Translations under genes and position numbers: made by a program | Source of the DNA: Eledone cirrhosa | Lineage: Eukaryota | Length of the DNA: 64,000 nucleotides | Direction of reading: 5' to 3' | NCBI GenBank assembly: GCA_964016885.1 | Contig: OZ024757.1 | Coordinates: forward strand, 38,936,001-39,000,000 | Shown here: positions 37,912 to 50,888 of the stretch, piece after piece | Position numbering within the stretch: position 1 is the stretch's first letter | Layout of the letters: each line of letters starts with the position of its first letter | The notes under the pieces: model-generated | Told to the model about the DNA's origin: nothing | The model's input: only the letters and a program-made list of their open reading frames with translations | Databases searched by the model: none

Positions 37912-38455
37912 TGTGTGTATGTATATATATGTGTATGTATATATGTATATTTATACATGTGTATGTATATATATATATATATGTCTGCATATATAGGTAT
38001 GTATGTATGTATATATATATATGTGTATGTATATATATATATGTGTATGTATGTATGTATATATGTGTATGTATGTATGTATGTATGTGTATGTCTGTGT
38101 ATATAGGTATGTGTGTGTGTGTATGTATGTATTTATATGTATATATATATATATATATATGTGTATATATGTATATATATTTCTATGTATATATACATGT
38201 ATATGTATGTATGTATATATACATGTATATGTATGTATGTATGTATATATACATGTATATGTATGTATGTATGTATATATATATATATGTATTTGTATGT
38301 ATATATATGTATGTATGTGTTTGTATATATATATATATATATATACACATATGCTGGTGTCTGTTGTAAGATATATGTATGTATGTATATATATATATAT
38401 GTATTTGTATGTATATATATGTATGTGTTTGTATATATATGTATGTATGTGTTTG

Positions 38456-38486
<31 letters not shown>

Positions 38487-38490
38487 CATA
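35060..38490. repeat. (TATATATATGTAA)-like and (TATG)n microsatellite block
   Basis: Directly visible. Confidence 0.95.
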
Positions 38491-39199
38491 TGCTGGTGTC
38501 TGTTGTAAGATAGGAGGAAGCATTCAGTAGGTACAGCACCCAACAATGATGACGTGTCCAGCTATTTGCAGCTGTGGGCTTATGGAGATCTCATATCATT
38601 TATTCGTCCAGAGAGTAACATATTTAAACCATAATATATCATATAACAATATATATAACATCGGATTAACAGAGAATCCGATATAACATGCTCACATTCC
38701 ACAGATATAAAATATACTCTTTGATATACACACTTACAAATATATGCATGTATATACACAGAATTATTTCGTATCAAGCTCCTTGAGTGATTTCCCTAGA
38801 TTTCTTTTTCCTGCTATTTTTTTTTTTTTTTTTTTTATTATTTTTCGTTTTTATTTATATATGTTATATTTTTATTCTTATGTTTTCTTTTCCTTCTTTT
38901 CCTGGATGCAGCATCATTCTTGATCTTAAATCCTAAATCCTTCTTTGAAAAATCAATCTATCACAGATGACAGCAAACACCAAACAAAACACAATATTAA
39001 TATTAATATTACCATTGTTATTGTTATTTTTATTATTTTTAATACTATTTTTTGATATTATTATTATTATTGTTATTATTATTATTACTAACATCAATAA
39101 ATCAATAGAAATAACAAAGTTAAAGACAGCATCATAGAACAGAACGGTAGTAATAGCAACAAATAGAAACTTCCCCCCCATCAAGCTTAGCGTCCGTCC

Positions 39200-39560
39200 A
39201 ATAATGGCTTCGAGCAATTATCCTCTAGCTTCAAGCAGCATGAAGAAAATCTTCCGACATTTCATTGCTTGTTATCTCTTGTGCTTATCTTTTATATCCA
39301 ACATTTTCTTATTAATAGAGTAAAGTTTAACATTGATGGACCCCTTGGCAGATATTGCTATGAGCTGGGCTATATTTTGGGCCACAAACACCGGCGGTAC
39401 CGCAGCTCGCAATGCAAAGGACAGGAAAAAACCCCAAGTACCAGAGCTTGTGTCGCTGTATAATCTTTGTACCGGTCACTGTAGAGGCCTTTTCGGAGAG
39501 CCTGACAGCTAGCCTCCTGCATAAAATCAATCCAATTTTATGCGAAAATGCTTGCAACAG
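39200..39560 (+). pseudogene. Decayed CRE-like non-LTR element, restriction-like endonuclease remnant
   Basis: DPLAD...TGGTAARNAKDRK(fs)PKYQSL...IFVPVTVEAF resembles the D.LA..G.AA..AE..K..KY..L..F.P..VE.G pattern. Confidence 0.5.
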
Positions 39561-39653
39561 TTTAATCCCTGCTAACATCTTTAAACGTGTTAAGCCTGGA
39601 GATAGATTTAACCCTTGTCATGATTTAACCCTTGTATTATGTTATACTTAATT

Positions 39654-39843
39654 GGCGGTGGATTTGCAGCATCGGTAGAGGGTCGGAAGCCATGCTTTGC
39701 AGCAGAGAGTTACAGCCCTTTATGGTCTGAGTTCAAATCTAGCCGAGGTTAACTTTGTCTTTCATCCTTACGGGGTGGATAAAATAAAGTACCAGTAATA
39801 CAGTGGGATAATTGCTTGCCTTGTGCCAAAAGTAGAAACAATT
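39654..39843 (+). mobile_element. SINE family A (near full length)
   Basis: GGCGGTGGATTTGCAG head, GAGTTCAAATC, CTTTCATCCTTACGGGGT body. Confidence 0.85.
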
Positions 39844-39946
39844 ATTTTAGCCTTAATATAATGAACATATATACATCAATATACCTGTATATGTGTGTGT
39901 ATATGTTTATGTACGGATATATATCTGTATATATGTGTGTATATAC

Positions 39947-40787
<841 letters not shown>

Positions 40788-41617
40788 AATCTCTGGCTTT
40801 ACTGTAGCACCAGCTCAGGCAGGAAAGTTAAGGCGAAAAAGATATCAGATGCTGAATTTGCCGATGACATAGTTTTGGTGATAAATACAGTGAAGGAGGC
40901 AGAGGATTTGATGCGGGAGGTTGAGAGTGTGTCGATGAGTGTGGGGCTGAGAATGAATGAGACTAAAACAAAATATCTGGTAGAGAATGTTGAGAGGCCA
41001 GAGGGGATCACTAATGTAGGCGGGAAGCCGCTAGAATTGTTTGACGACTTCTGTATTTGGGAGCAAAGATTGGGAATACGGAAGATGATGTGGTTGAGAG
41101 GAAGAGCAAACCTGGGCGGTGTGCCACAGCTTGAGATGGGTGTGGAAGTCGGATCTTCGTGAAGACCTGAAGGTCCGCCTCTTCATAGCTGTAGTGGAGT
41201 CTGTGCTGCTGTTAGATTCTGAGACTTGGACACTGACCAAGAAAATCACTCAGATGGTGGATGGGTGCTACACGAGAATGCTGAGGATGGTCCTGAACAT
41301 TAATCAGTATACACTGAGGATGAAAAACTCAGAGCTGTACGGGAGCCGCCCAAGAGTCAGCTCAAAGGTGACACAGAGAAGACTGAGGTTAGCTGGACAT
41401 GCTCACCGACATCCAGAGTTGACATTGCACTCAGTGCTCCTGTGGGAGCCCCTACATGGACACACTGGAAGAGGAAGACCATGGTTAACGTATGTTGATG
41501 CCCTAAGGACAGACACTGGTCTGTTGGAGACGCAGGACATGGCAGCGATAATGAGGGACAGAAACCGCTGGAGAGAACACGTTCATGGATCTCGGGAATT
41601 TTACTCGCCCTAGATAG

Positions 41618-41620
<3 letters not shown>
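40788..41620 (+). mobile_element. 5'-truncated, frameshifted RTE-group LINE
   Basis: [20 protein letters not shown], then ESVLL..SETWTLT, DGCYTRMLRM, RRLRLAGHAHR, GRGRP, RDRNRWR. Confidence 0.9.
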
Positions 41621-41654
<34 letters not shown>

Positions 41655-42276
41655 CAGAGAGAATTGAAGAAGTTGAAAATTGATGTAAAGCTTGCATTAA
41701 TAATACATAAACATCATATATGAAGCAGCACATTATTTAGTTGTCTATATTTAACTAAATGTAAGTTTATATATACGTATCAGAAATAATTTGTTGGAAG
41801 TATAAACAATAATTGATATAGAAGGTAAAAATAATCGAATTAAAATCACCTTTATTGTTCCCATCATTTGTTCAAAGCATATATTGTTATTTATATTTGA
41901 CCACTTTTAGAATATAATTTTACTGAACTACATTTAGAGTTTTATTATATCTTTATATTATCATATGAGGAAATGCATTTGCTATTGTGTATTTATGATT
42001 CTGATTCGCTTCCTGTTGGCTTATGTTTGTGTGATTTATTCTGGTGTGTTTCTTCGTTTGTGCATTTCCTTGAGAATGTTATGTCATTTCACAGCTGCTA
42101 TTCAGAGCACGCTTTGTATTTAATAAGTTGAAATCTGTGATTATGCATTCCAGTCTTGTATTAAACTATAGTAAGAAAAGCTATTTCGAAACCTGGCTAT
42201 AATACATGCGCATACAAACAGAACACACACACAGACACGCACACAGACACATACACACACACACACACGCACACAG

Positions 42277-42327
<51 letters not shown>

Positions 42328-42444
42328 CACACATATACACACTCAACCATACAGATATCTATATATAAATTAAACAATGAAAATATACATAGATACGAAC
42401 GAATACATCTTTATATATATACACAAACTCATACAAACACACAC

Positions 42445-42498
<54 letters not shown>

Positions 42499-42570
42499 AT
42501 ATACACACTTATATATATTTTCATATCTATGTATAGCTAAATGTTTGTTGCATTCTATATATGTTGCGTA

Positions 42571-42605
42571 ATTAACGGTGTCTTTTTCTTTGATTTCAGG
42601 TAAGT
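42571..42605 (+). promoter_or_regulatory. Candidate recursive splice site (3'ss immediately followed by 5'ss)
   Basis: ATTAAC branch-like, TCTTTTTCTTTGATTTCAG|GTAAGT. Confidence 0.5.
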
Positions 42606-42631
42606 CCATCTTAAATCAATACAATTCCTCG

Positions 42632-42669
<38 letters not shown>

Positions 42670-42977
42670 GGAGATATGAGCGGTGTTTGCATCTTCATAA
42701 AGTGGTTGTGAAAGAGTATTGTAAGTAATTGATATTTTTTTTAAGTATTCTTAAATCTGTAGTCAACAAAATATTGCTATGTCGCCATAAAGATCACCCA
42801 TCTTCTACAAACCTACTGCCTCTCATACTTGTCTCGAAGTCACTTCTTCCCATCCAAGTCACACAACATTCTCTATACCCTACTCCCAATTCTTCCATCT
42901 TCAGCGGCTCTGTAGCCAGGACCACGGTTTCGAGAGGCAGTCCCTTTACATGGACACCTGCTTCATCCAACGTGGAT

Positions 42978-43025
<48 letters not shown>

Positions 43026-43195
43026 GTCATTTATTACTCAATATGTTACTTTCGCGCTGCTATGAAAAGGAGAAATCGTTTCTCAACATATCGAACGATA
43101 ATCCTTTATCAGAAAGGAGTAAAATAGTAAAAGTAAACAAGAGAGAAGGCCACACGCACACGCACACGCACACACACACACATATATATATATAT

Positions 43196-43512
43196 ACCGT
43201 GGATGGTTTGTTCAAATCCCGCCGAGGTTAACTTTGCCTGTTATCCTTACGGGGTCGATAAAATAAAGTACCAGTAACGTACTGGGTATTTGCTGGCCCT
43301 GTGCCAAAAGTAGAAACGATTAGGGCGGTGGATTGGCAGTATTGGTAGAGGGTCGGACGCCATGCTTTACAGCATAGCTACGTCTGTTTATGATCTGAGT
43401 TCAAATCCCGTCGAGGTAAACTTTGCCTTTCATCCTTACGGGGTCGATAAAATAAAGCACCAGTAATGCACTGGAATAATTGCTGGCCTTGTGCCCAACG
43501 TAGAAACAATTA
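43196..43512 (+). mobile_element. Two tandem SINE family A copies (first internally deleted; second 43322-43512)
   Basis: Two consecutive GTTCAAATCCCG..CCTTACGGGGTCGATAAAATAAAG bodies. Confidence 0.85.
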
Positions 43513-43862
43513 TTAATACTTTTACTATTATTGTTATTATTATTGTTTTTATCATATTAATATTATTAGGTTTTTATATCTGTGTATGCTCTATCAAACA
43601 CGATTAAATTGATATCCTACAGTGAGCTGTATAACGTTACAGAAAAAACCTAATTCTCAATGGTCTTAACATGATATCATACTATGCACCTAATAACATG
43701 CCTCTATATATGTATAATGTAGTATCTATTTAACTATGTGACTGCCAACTCATAACTCTACATTCAAATCATAGTCTCCCTGTCTCTATCTCCCTCTCTC
43801 TCTCCGTCTCTCTCTCTCCGTCTCTCTCTCTCCAGCTCTCTCTCTCCAGCTCTGTCTCTCCA

Positions 43863-43899
<37 letters not shown>

Positions 43900-43900
43900 G

Positions 43901-44050
43901 CATATTCATCTAAACATAGCTATAAATACAACACACACACACACACATGTATATATATAATCATATTCATTTAAACATAGCTATAAATACAACACACACA
44001 CATATATATATATGCATATTCATTTAAACATAGCTATAAATACAACGCGC
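43901..44050 (+). repeat. Three tandem ~55-60-bp units
   Basis: CATATTCATYTAAACATAGCTATAAATACAAC x3, separated by CA/TA repeats. Confidence 0.9.
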
Positions 44051-44052
44051 AC

Positions 44053-44104
<52 letters not shown>

Positions 44105-44106
<2 letters not shown>

Positions 44107-44457
44107 CGAAGGAAATGTGGTAAGGAACCAGGTGGACCATAACTCACCAAAGTACTCAATACTTAGGGTAGTAGAGTGGGTAATAGGAACGAGTAGGACC
44201 CCGACGGCTGAGCTCAAGCCGTTTCGACGGCTAATTCTGGACTATATATATATACATATATACAACGAAGGAAGAGTGATAATGGACCAGATGGACCATA
44301 ACGCACTAGAGTACTCAATAGTTAGGGTAGTAGAGTGGGAAATAGGAAAATGTATGACCCCGACGGCAGAGCTCAGGCCGTTTCGACAGCTATTTCTGAC
44401 CAGAAATAGCCGTCGAAACGGCTTGAGTTCTGCCGTCGGGGTCATACTTTTTCCTAT
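44105..44457 (-). mobile_element. Family C cassettes: two tandem copies plus an inverted partial copy
   Basis: 44105-44242 and 44263-44400 are direct repeats; 44342-44457 is a near-perfect palindrome. Confidence 0.85.
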
Positions 44458-44777
44458 ATATATATATATAAATAAATCTATACCTATCATTTTATTAATC
44501 TATCTACCTACCCCCTATTTACAAAGTCATAAAGCACCAGTGAATGAAATGAAAATAAATAGACGCCATCATTGCTAATTGCTAAAGTTTATCGTAAACT
44601 AGGACCTGCTGATAACGTAGAAGAGAAATGCACAAAAGAATAACATCAACAACAAAATGACGTTGTTTTTCCTATTGATCACTTTCGGTTTACTTAAAGG
44701 AAATTCTTCAACGACTTCCGCTGGAAGATACGTACAACTCTCTCTATCTCTCTCTCTCTGTATATATATATATATAT

Positions 44778-44937
44778 TATACTTGGGGAGGGTCATATTT
44801 GTGTAATAATATTGCCAGAAGTAATAACAGAACACACTCACTGTTTGGTTGGTTTTCGCTTCTGTGTCTTTTATATCGGTTAATTTAATTTATTCGGTCC
44901 TCAAGTTTACCATTGACTGACCAACGTCAAAAATACA
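44778..44937 (-). repeat. Family G short repeat (other copy 57425-57582, +)
   Basis: CAGAACACACTCACTGTTTGGTTGGTTTTCGCTTC is the reverse complement of the 57500-57535 region. Confidence 0.85.
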
Positions 44938-45071
44938 GATACAATATAGACACAAACACATATATATAGTCGATAAAAGTTCTTTCGTTGCACATCTGCA
45001 ACATCGTCAGTGGTGCTATTGTTTCCTCCCGCTGTATTGTATGCCCACGCCATCTTTATTTAGTCTGTTTA

Positions 45072-45120
<49 letters not shown>

Positions 45121-45123
<3 letters not shown>

Positions 45124-45340
45124 AAAGACCGACTTTCGTCAAATCGGACCGAGGAAACAATGTTACCATTGGTCTTTCCAATTGCTAATGCTATCTATCT
45201 GTTGCAACTTCAGGCAGAAGGAGCAACATGAAATAGAGTTTCTTTCTCAAGGACATAAAGCATCGCCCGGTCCGGGAATCGAACACACAACCTCACGATT
45301 GCGAATCCAATCCTCTAAACATTCAGCCACACGCCTTCAC
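45121..45340 (-). mobile_element. tRNA-derived SINE family F
   Basis: Reverse complement of 31454-31654, with B box GTTCGATTCCC. Confidence 0.85.
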
Positions 45341-45380
45341 TTATATAGTTACACTCCCTGGATATATATTCCGTTTATTG

Positions 45381-45471
45381 AGTAGTGACCGACGTTTCGC
45401 TATTGATGGGTTCAAGGTTCGATCTGTATCGATCTAGCCCGACTCTGGAATCAAAAACTCGTCGGACCCCT
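45381..45471 (-). ncRNA. Type I HHR variant (family D)
   Basis: CCGACGA (U4C); stem II base GTTTTTGAT/ATCAATAGC; GAAA-CGTCGG-TC; partial stem I. Confidence 0.55.
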
Positions 45472-45512
45472 GCTGTGGGCCTTAGAATGGTCTATACTTT
45501 TTTTATTATTAT

Positions 45513-45672
45513 AAGTCGGGCGTCATGCTTTCCAGCATAGTTACGTCCCTTTACGATCTGAGTTCAATTCCCGCCGAGGTTAACTGTGCATTTCATCCTT
45601 ACGGGGTCGATAAAATAAAGTACCAGTAATGTACTGGGCAAATGCTGGCATTGTGTCAAATGTAGAAACAAT
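45513..45672 (+). mobile_element. SINE family A
   Basis: Family A body. Confidence 0.85.
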
Positions 45673-46100
45673 TATTATAATTACACTCTGCTTACTTCTA
45701 CACCTCTTTACTGACTGGAAGCTACGCATCGATGGCCCACTCGGGGGGACCTACAATAACTGCACCTTATATTCGCCATATTATGCTTACCGCACTGTAA
45801 TGTAATGTCTTACATTAGCGAGGACATTACATTCCAGAAATATACCGATCTAGAAATGTTTACTTTGCATGAACAGATGCGTCCGTACAGTGTTTGCAAT
45901 TGTGTATCAACACATTTCTGTCTAAAGTGTTGGATATTCTTTATAAATCAGTGAATGAACACACACACACACACACACACGCGCGCATACCCATACGCAC
46001 GCACGATACACATATATATATGTACAAACGTACGTACATTCATATACACACACGTGTGTATATATTTATGTATATATATATATATATATACACACACACG

Positions 46101-46142
<42 letters not shown>

Positions 46143-46729
46143 TATATATATATATATATATATATATGTGTATATATATATATATATGTATGTATGTATG
46201 TGTGTCTGTGAATGTACGTACGTTTGTAGTTTTTCCACTTTCTATTGTAATTATTTTTGTTGTTTCTATTGGTAATATCGATTCGTATATCTCTATATCT
46301 AGCGTTAATCGCTACTTAAAAGCATTCGGAAATCTATTCCATATCTCCGTAGGTTTTAGGATAAGGCATTTTAAACATTTATTGATATATTTTTTTTTTA
46401 ATTGGTATAGGGGTATGGGTGTATAATAATAATTCTTTCAATTGTTTTTATTTATTTTTAACTTATTAGGATACGCTTCCTTCCTAGATAAACACTTAAA
46501 TATCGATATCGTAAGAAGCGAATGACTCAGAACCCATTAAAATCTTAATCTCAGGCAAGCAATGTATTTGATACTCAGAGAATTAGACTGTATGGAATAG
46601 AAGACTGTACACTTATGCTTTTTATTATTATCTCTCTTCCTCCCTTCCTTCTCTCTTTCTCCTCCTTAATTAATGAATTGTTAAACTCTACTTCAGTATT
46701 AAGTACCTTTTCACTCATCCGTCAACGAA

Positions 46730-46907
<178 letters not shown>

Positions 46908-46920
46908 TCTTCCACAGTGT

Positions 46921-46957
<37 letters not shown>

Positions 46958-47128
46958 TCTTCCAAAGTATAACAAATATATATACATATATATATATATA
47001 TTTGTTATACCAGTCATGCTTTCCAATAAAAACACACGCACCAGGTGGTTTTGACATCAATGTTACTATAAATTTCCTGTTGCTTGGCTGGTTGTTTGGT
47101 TCGATAACCGGATGGTTGTTTATATATG

Positions 47129-47171
47129 GTCAAAGCTCTTTCGTCACACATTATGTGACCTCCGCAGTGAC
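47129..47171 (-). ncRNA. Minimal type I HHR variant
   Basis: GTCA-CTGCGGA(A6C)-G-GTCACA-TAATG-TGTGAC-GAAA-GAGC-TT-TGAC. Confidence 0.65.
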
Positions 47172-47275
47172 TAGGTCTTTATTTTGTGCTTCTCCTTTGT
47201 TCTGCCCTACACCATCTTGTTTTTAAATGTTGTGTGTCGTGTTGTGTGCCTAGTTTGTGCATGAGTTAATTCCGC

Positions 47276-47320
<45 letters not shown>

Positions 47321-47403
47321 TTTATTTATCTATGTTTATTTACTTGTCACTGGTTGTCTGTGTGTTCTATCTGTGTGTGTCTTATATGTTTTGTTATATA
47401 TAC

Positions 47404-47462
<59 letters not shown>

Positions 47463-48869
47463 CATATATATACAGACATATATATATATATATGTATATA
47501 TCAACTCTCTTTTCCTTCTACTTTCCAAACTTTAGCTTTCTCACTTCGTCAAAGAGCCGTGTCACACATGGTATAATGTTGAATGTAACTGAGAACTACA
47601 TTAAGGAGTGCACCTGTATGAGGACTGCTCAACCACATACTTGTTAAATTCATGATGAGTCTGCTCCGCTGTTCATACAATTAGAACGCTATTTGTCCTT
47701 AACCGAGGATGGTACAACAGTTGAGCTTAATACCTGCTGTCCTTCAGATTTCCTACGTTATTATATCACTTGCATAACAATCTGGCTTCTTTTTTTAACG
47801 AAACGAAATCGCTGATAGTGTGAAAGTTGCATCAGCAGTCTTAGCTTTATCTCTATCGTTCTTTTAGTCTCGTATTCGTTTTAATCTCTTTCTATTTTTC
47901 TCTCTATTTAAAGGTTATATATCTATATATCCACACACACACGCACACACGCACACGCACACGCGCGCGCGCGCACATACATACTTACATGTAATTAATT
48001 GAGTGTACCTATGCATATATTTGTTATATTTTTTTATACACATATATACATACATATTCATACATATATACATATCAATTTCTCTGTTGCCCATATTAGT
48101 ATATATACACAGGTGGGTGTTTATATATATATGTGTATATATATTATATACATATACACAAAACATAATATATATTCACATATATCTGTGTACATATGTG
48201 TGAATTAATATGTATTTGCATTCGTGCCACTATAAAATATACGAGAGTTTTTTTTTTTTCCTTCTTAAAATAACATTTAATAGCAGTTAGGTAGGCACAA
48301 TGAAATGTTCTTGTGAGATTTTCTAACTTTATTTTTAAACATGTTTGTATTTAGTTTAGTATTTTCTTTTCTTATGAAGCTTCTCATATTTCAGTAAAAA
48401 ATTCTTCAGGCAAAAATGTTGTTCATAAATGTTAAACCTTACACAGAATTTCTTGAAAGTAACAAAGATTTATCATTTGAAGGCCATTACGAATACAAAC
48501 TAAAAAAATAAAATAAAATAAATTCTGAAAATTTAAAAAGCTAAGATAGATAAACACTTCATAGTTTATAAAACTCCATCTTAAATATTAAAACGGTATT
48601 AATAGCTCCAAGCTAATGAACGGGTTGCTATATTCTTATTTTTGTATTTATTGAAAGAGAAAATAAAATGTTGAGGATGTAGCTAAGTGGAAAAAGGAGG
48701 ATAAAATTTTGGTAGAAAATAAAGATGCATATTAGAAAAAAAAGATGGGTGGTCGTTTCTTTCATTTTGTGTTTCTGAAATTCTTGGTATCTCTCTTCTA
48801 GTTGTTGTTGTTCTCGTTGATTTTAATGGCGGACGAAATGTGTAGAATACAATATACATTACTTTGTTC

Positions 48870-49023
48870 TGGCTATTGAAGTTCTGAGTTCGAATGCTAC
48901 CGAGGAGTACTTTTCTCATCATATTTCCATAGAAACGAATAACGTACCAGTTATGTACTGGAATCAATTCGATCAAATCCTCCAACCGCAATATAATATT
49001 GCTGGCATTGTACTTAAATTAGA
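48870..49023 (+). mobile_element. Diverged SINE family A relative
   Basis: CTGAGTTCGAAT..CCGAGG..GTACCAGTTATGTACTGG..TTGCTGGCATTGT..AAATTAGA. Confidence 0.6.
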
Positions 49024-49211
49024 TGATTTCTCCCGAATGAAACAGTTCTAGTCCTGTAGAAGCCTTTTCTATATTTAAAAAAAAAAATAATGTGTGTGTG
49101 AAAGAGAGATAATCAAGGGTTCAACTGGGTGTGACCACATTAAGGTACTCAATTATTTCATTTGAATTAAACAGTTCCAGTCCTGTAAATGCCATTTCTA
49201 TAATCAATATC

Positions 49212-49280
<69 letters not shown>

Positions 49281-49475
49281 TGTGTATGTATGTATGTGTA
49301 TGTATGTATGTGTATGTATGTATGTATGTATGTATATATATATATGTGTATATATATATATGTGTATGTATATATATATATGTATGTATATATATATATG
49401 TATGTATATATATATATGTATGTATATATATATATGTGTATATATATATATGTATATATATATATATGTATATGT

Positions 49476-50888
49476 GGTTTATATCGTGATGACTGTCTTC
49501 TTCTTTCTAACAACCTTAGCCTTTCAGAAATCGAAAAAAACAAAAAACATATTAGAACTTTCCTTAAAGACTATTATAATCTTAATATTACTTTTGAAAA
49601 AACAAGTAAAGTAGTAAATTTCCTAGATATAACTTTAGATTTAGCTACGGGTATATACCAACCTTACCATAAACCTAACCAAAACTTACATTACATACAC
49701 TCACAATCTAATCACCCTAAATCTATCCTTAAAAACCTTGCATATAATATATCACTTAGAATTTCTAACCTTTCTTCTAACCAAGATGTATTTGATAAAA
49801 ATGCGACCTTTTATAATGAAGCTCTAGATAGAAGTGGCCACAAAAATAGATTAGAGTATATACCTTCTACTAAAAATACTGAAAGCATACAGCATAATAT
49901 TACCAACAAACACCAAATGAAAAGTACACACCTAAATGCCACCCACAATATACCCCAAAATACTAAATCTTCTAATATAAAGTATAGTAACCCTCAAAAA
50001 ACTACTCATCATACAACTATAATAAATATTAATAATAAAACTCCTAATAAAAAAGATAAAACACCTAAATCTACAAATATAACTAAAAATAGTTGTGGTG
50101 AGATCATTAACATTAATCCTCCTAGTAAAAATCATGATACAACCTATAAAAATAATAAAAATAATAAACAACATAGAAACCGTAATAGACGAGTTACTTG
50201 GTATAATGCTCCTTTTAATTTACAAGTTAAGGATAATATTGCTAAAAAATTTTTTTATATCCTTGAGAAAAACTTCCCGCCAAACCACAAATACCATCAA
50301 ATCTTAAATAGGTCTACAGTTAAATTCTCATACTCTACAACAAATAACATAAAACAAAATATAAGTGCATATAATGCATATAAATGTAAGAAAACCATAA
50401 GTATACCACCAGTACATCAAATTAACAATAATATCTCCTCAAATACAGAATTAACGAAAGGATGTAACTGTAGAAACAAAACAAACTGCCCATTAAAAGG
50501 GAATTGTCTTGTTAACAACATAGTCTATAAATGTAATGTTAAAACTAAAGATTCTATTTGCTCATATATAGGAGCTACCTCTAACAATTTTAAGACAAGG
50601 TTTAATACCCACAAACATAGTTTTAAAAATGCCGCACTGGCTAATACAACATCTCTAGCAGAAAAAATCAATAGTTATAAAAATAAGAATATAAAATATG
50701 ATTTGACCTGGAGTGTGCTCAAAAGAGCCACCCCTTATCAAAATAATAGAAAAGAATGTAGATTATGTTCCCAAGAACTATTTGAAATAATGAAGTCTAA
50801 GGATATCTTATTAAATAAACGACAGGAATTAATTATATCGTGTAATCATAAACTAAAAAAAACATTTAAATATTATAAACCTAATTAA
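49476..50888 (+). CDS. Penelope-like element ORF, 5'-truncated: RT catalytic motif and thumb plus GIY-YIG endonuclease (470 codons, no stops)
   Basis: [20 protein letters not shown], CNCRxxxxCPLxGxC, [32 protein letters not shown]; the upstream in-frame part is microsatellite. Confidence 0.93.
   Translation, partial: GLYRDDCLLLSNNLSLSEIEKNKKHIRTFLKDYYNLNITFEKTSKVVNFLDITLDLATGIYQPYHKPNQNLHYIHSQSNHPKSILKNLAYNISLRISNLSSNQDVFDKNATFYNEALDRSGHKNRLEYIPSTKNTESIQHNITNKHQMKSTHLNATHNIPQNTKSSNIKYSNPQKTTHHTTIININNKTPNKKDKTPKSTNITKNSCGEIININPPSKNHDTTYKNNKNNKQHRNRNRRVTWYNAPFNLQVKDNIAKKFFYILEKNFPPNHKYHQILNRSTVKFSYSTTNNIKQNISAYNAYKCKKTISIPPVHQINNNISSNTELTKGCNCRNKTNCPLKGNCLVNNIVYKCNVKTKDSICSYIGATSNNFKTRFNTHKHSFKNAALANTTSLAEKINSYKNKNIKYDLTWSVLKRATPYQNNRKECRLCSQELFEIMKSKDILLNKRQELIISCNHKLKKTFKYYKPN

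Noticed and set aside
42794-42980. Short GC-richer minus-strand ORF
   Set aside because: No recognisable motif; probably an unassignable TE fragment
43075-43115. HHR-like CTGATAA..GATATGTT on the minus strand (similarly about 44680-44712, 47525-47550, 18845-18877)
   Set aside because: Two or more core or stem defects each; not distinguishable from chance without family alignments
43901-44400. CRISPR-like repeat/spacer arrangement
   Set aside because: Eukaryotic context, spacers are microsatellite, no cas genes
49131-49475. N-terminal part of the 585-aa ORF
   Set aside because: Repeat fragment plus microsatellite, in frame with the Penelope ORF by chance
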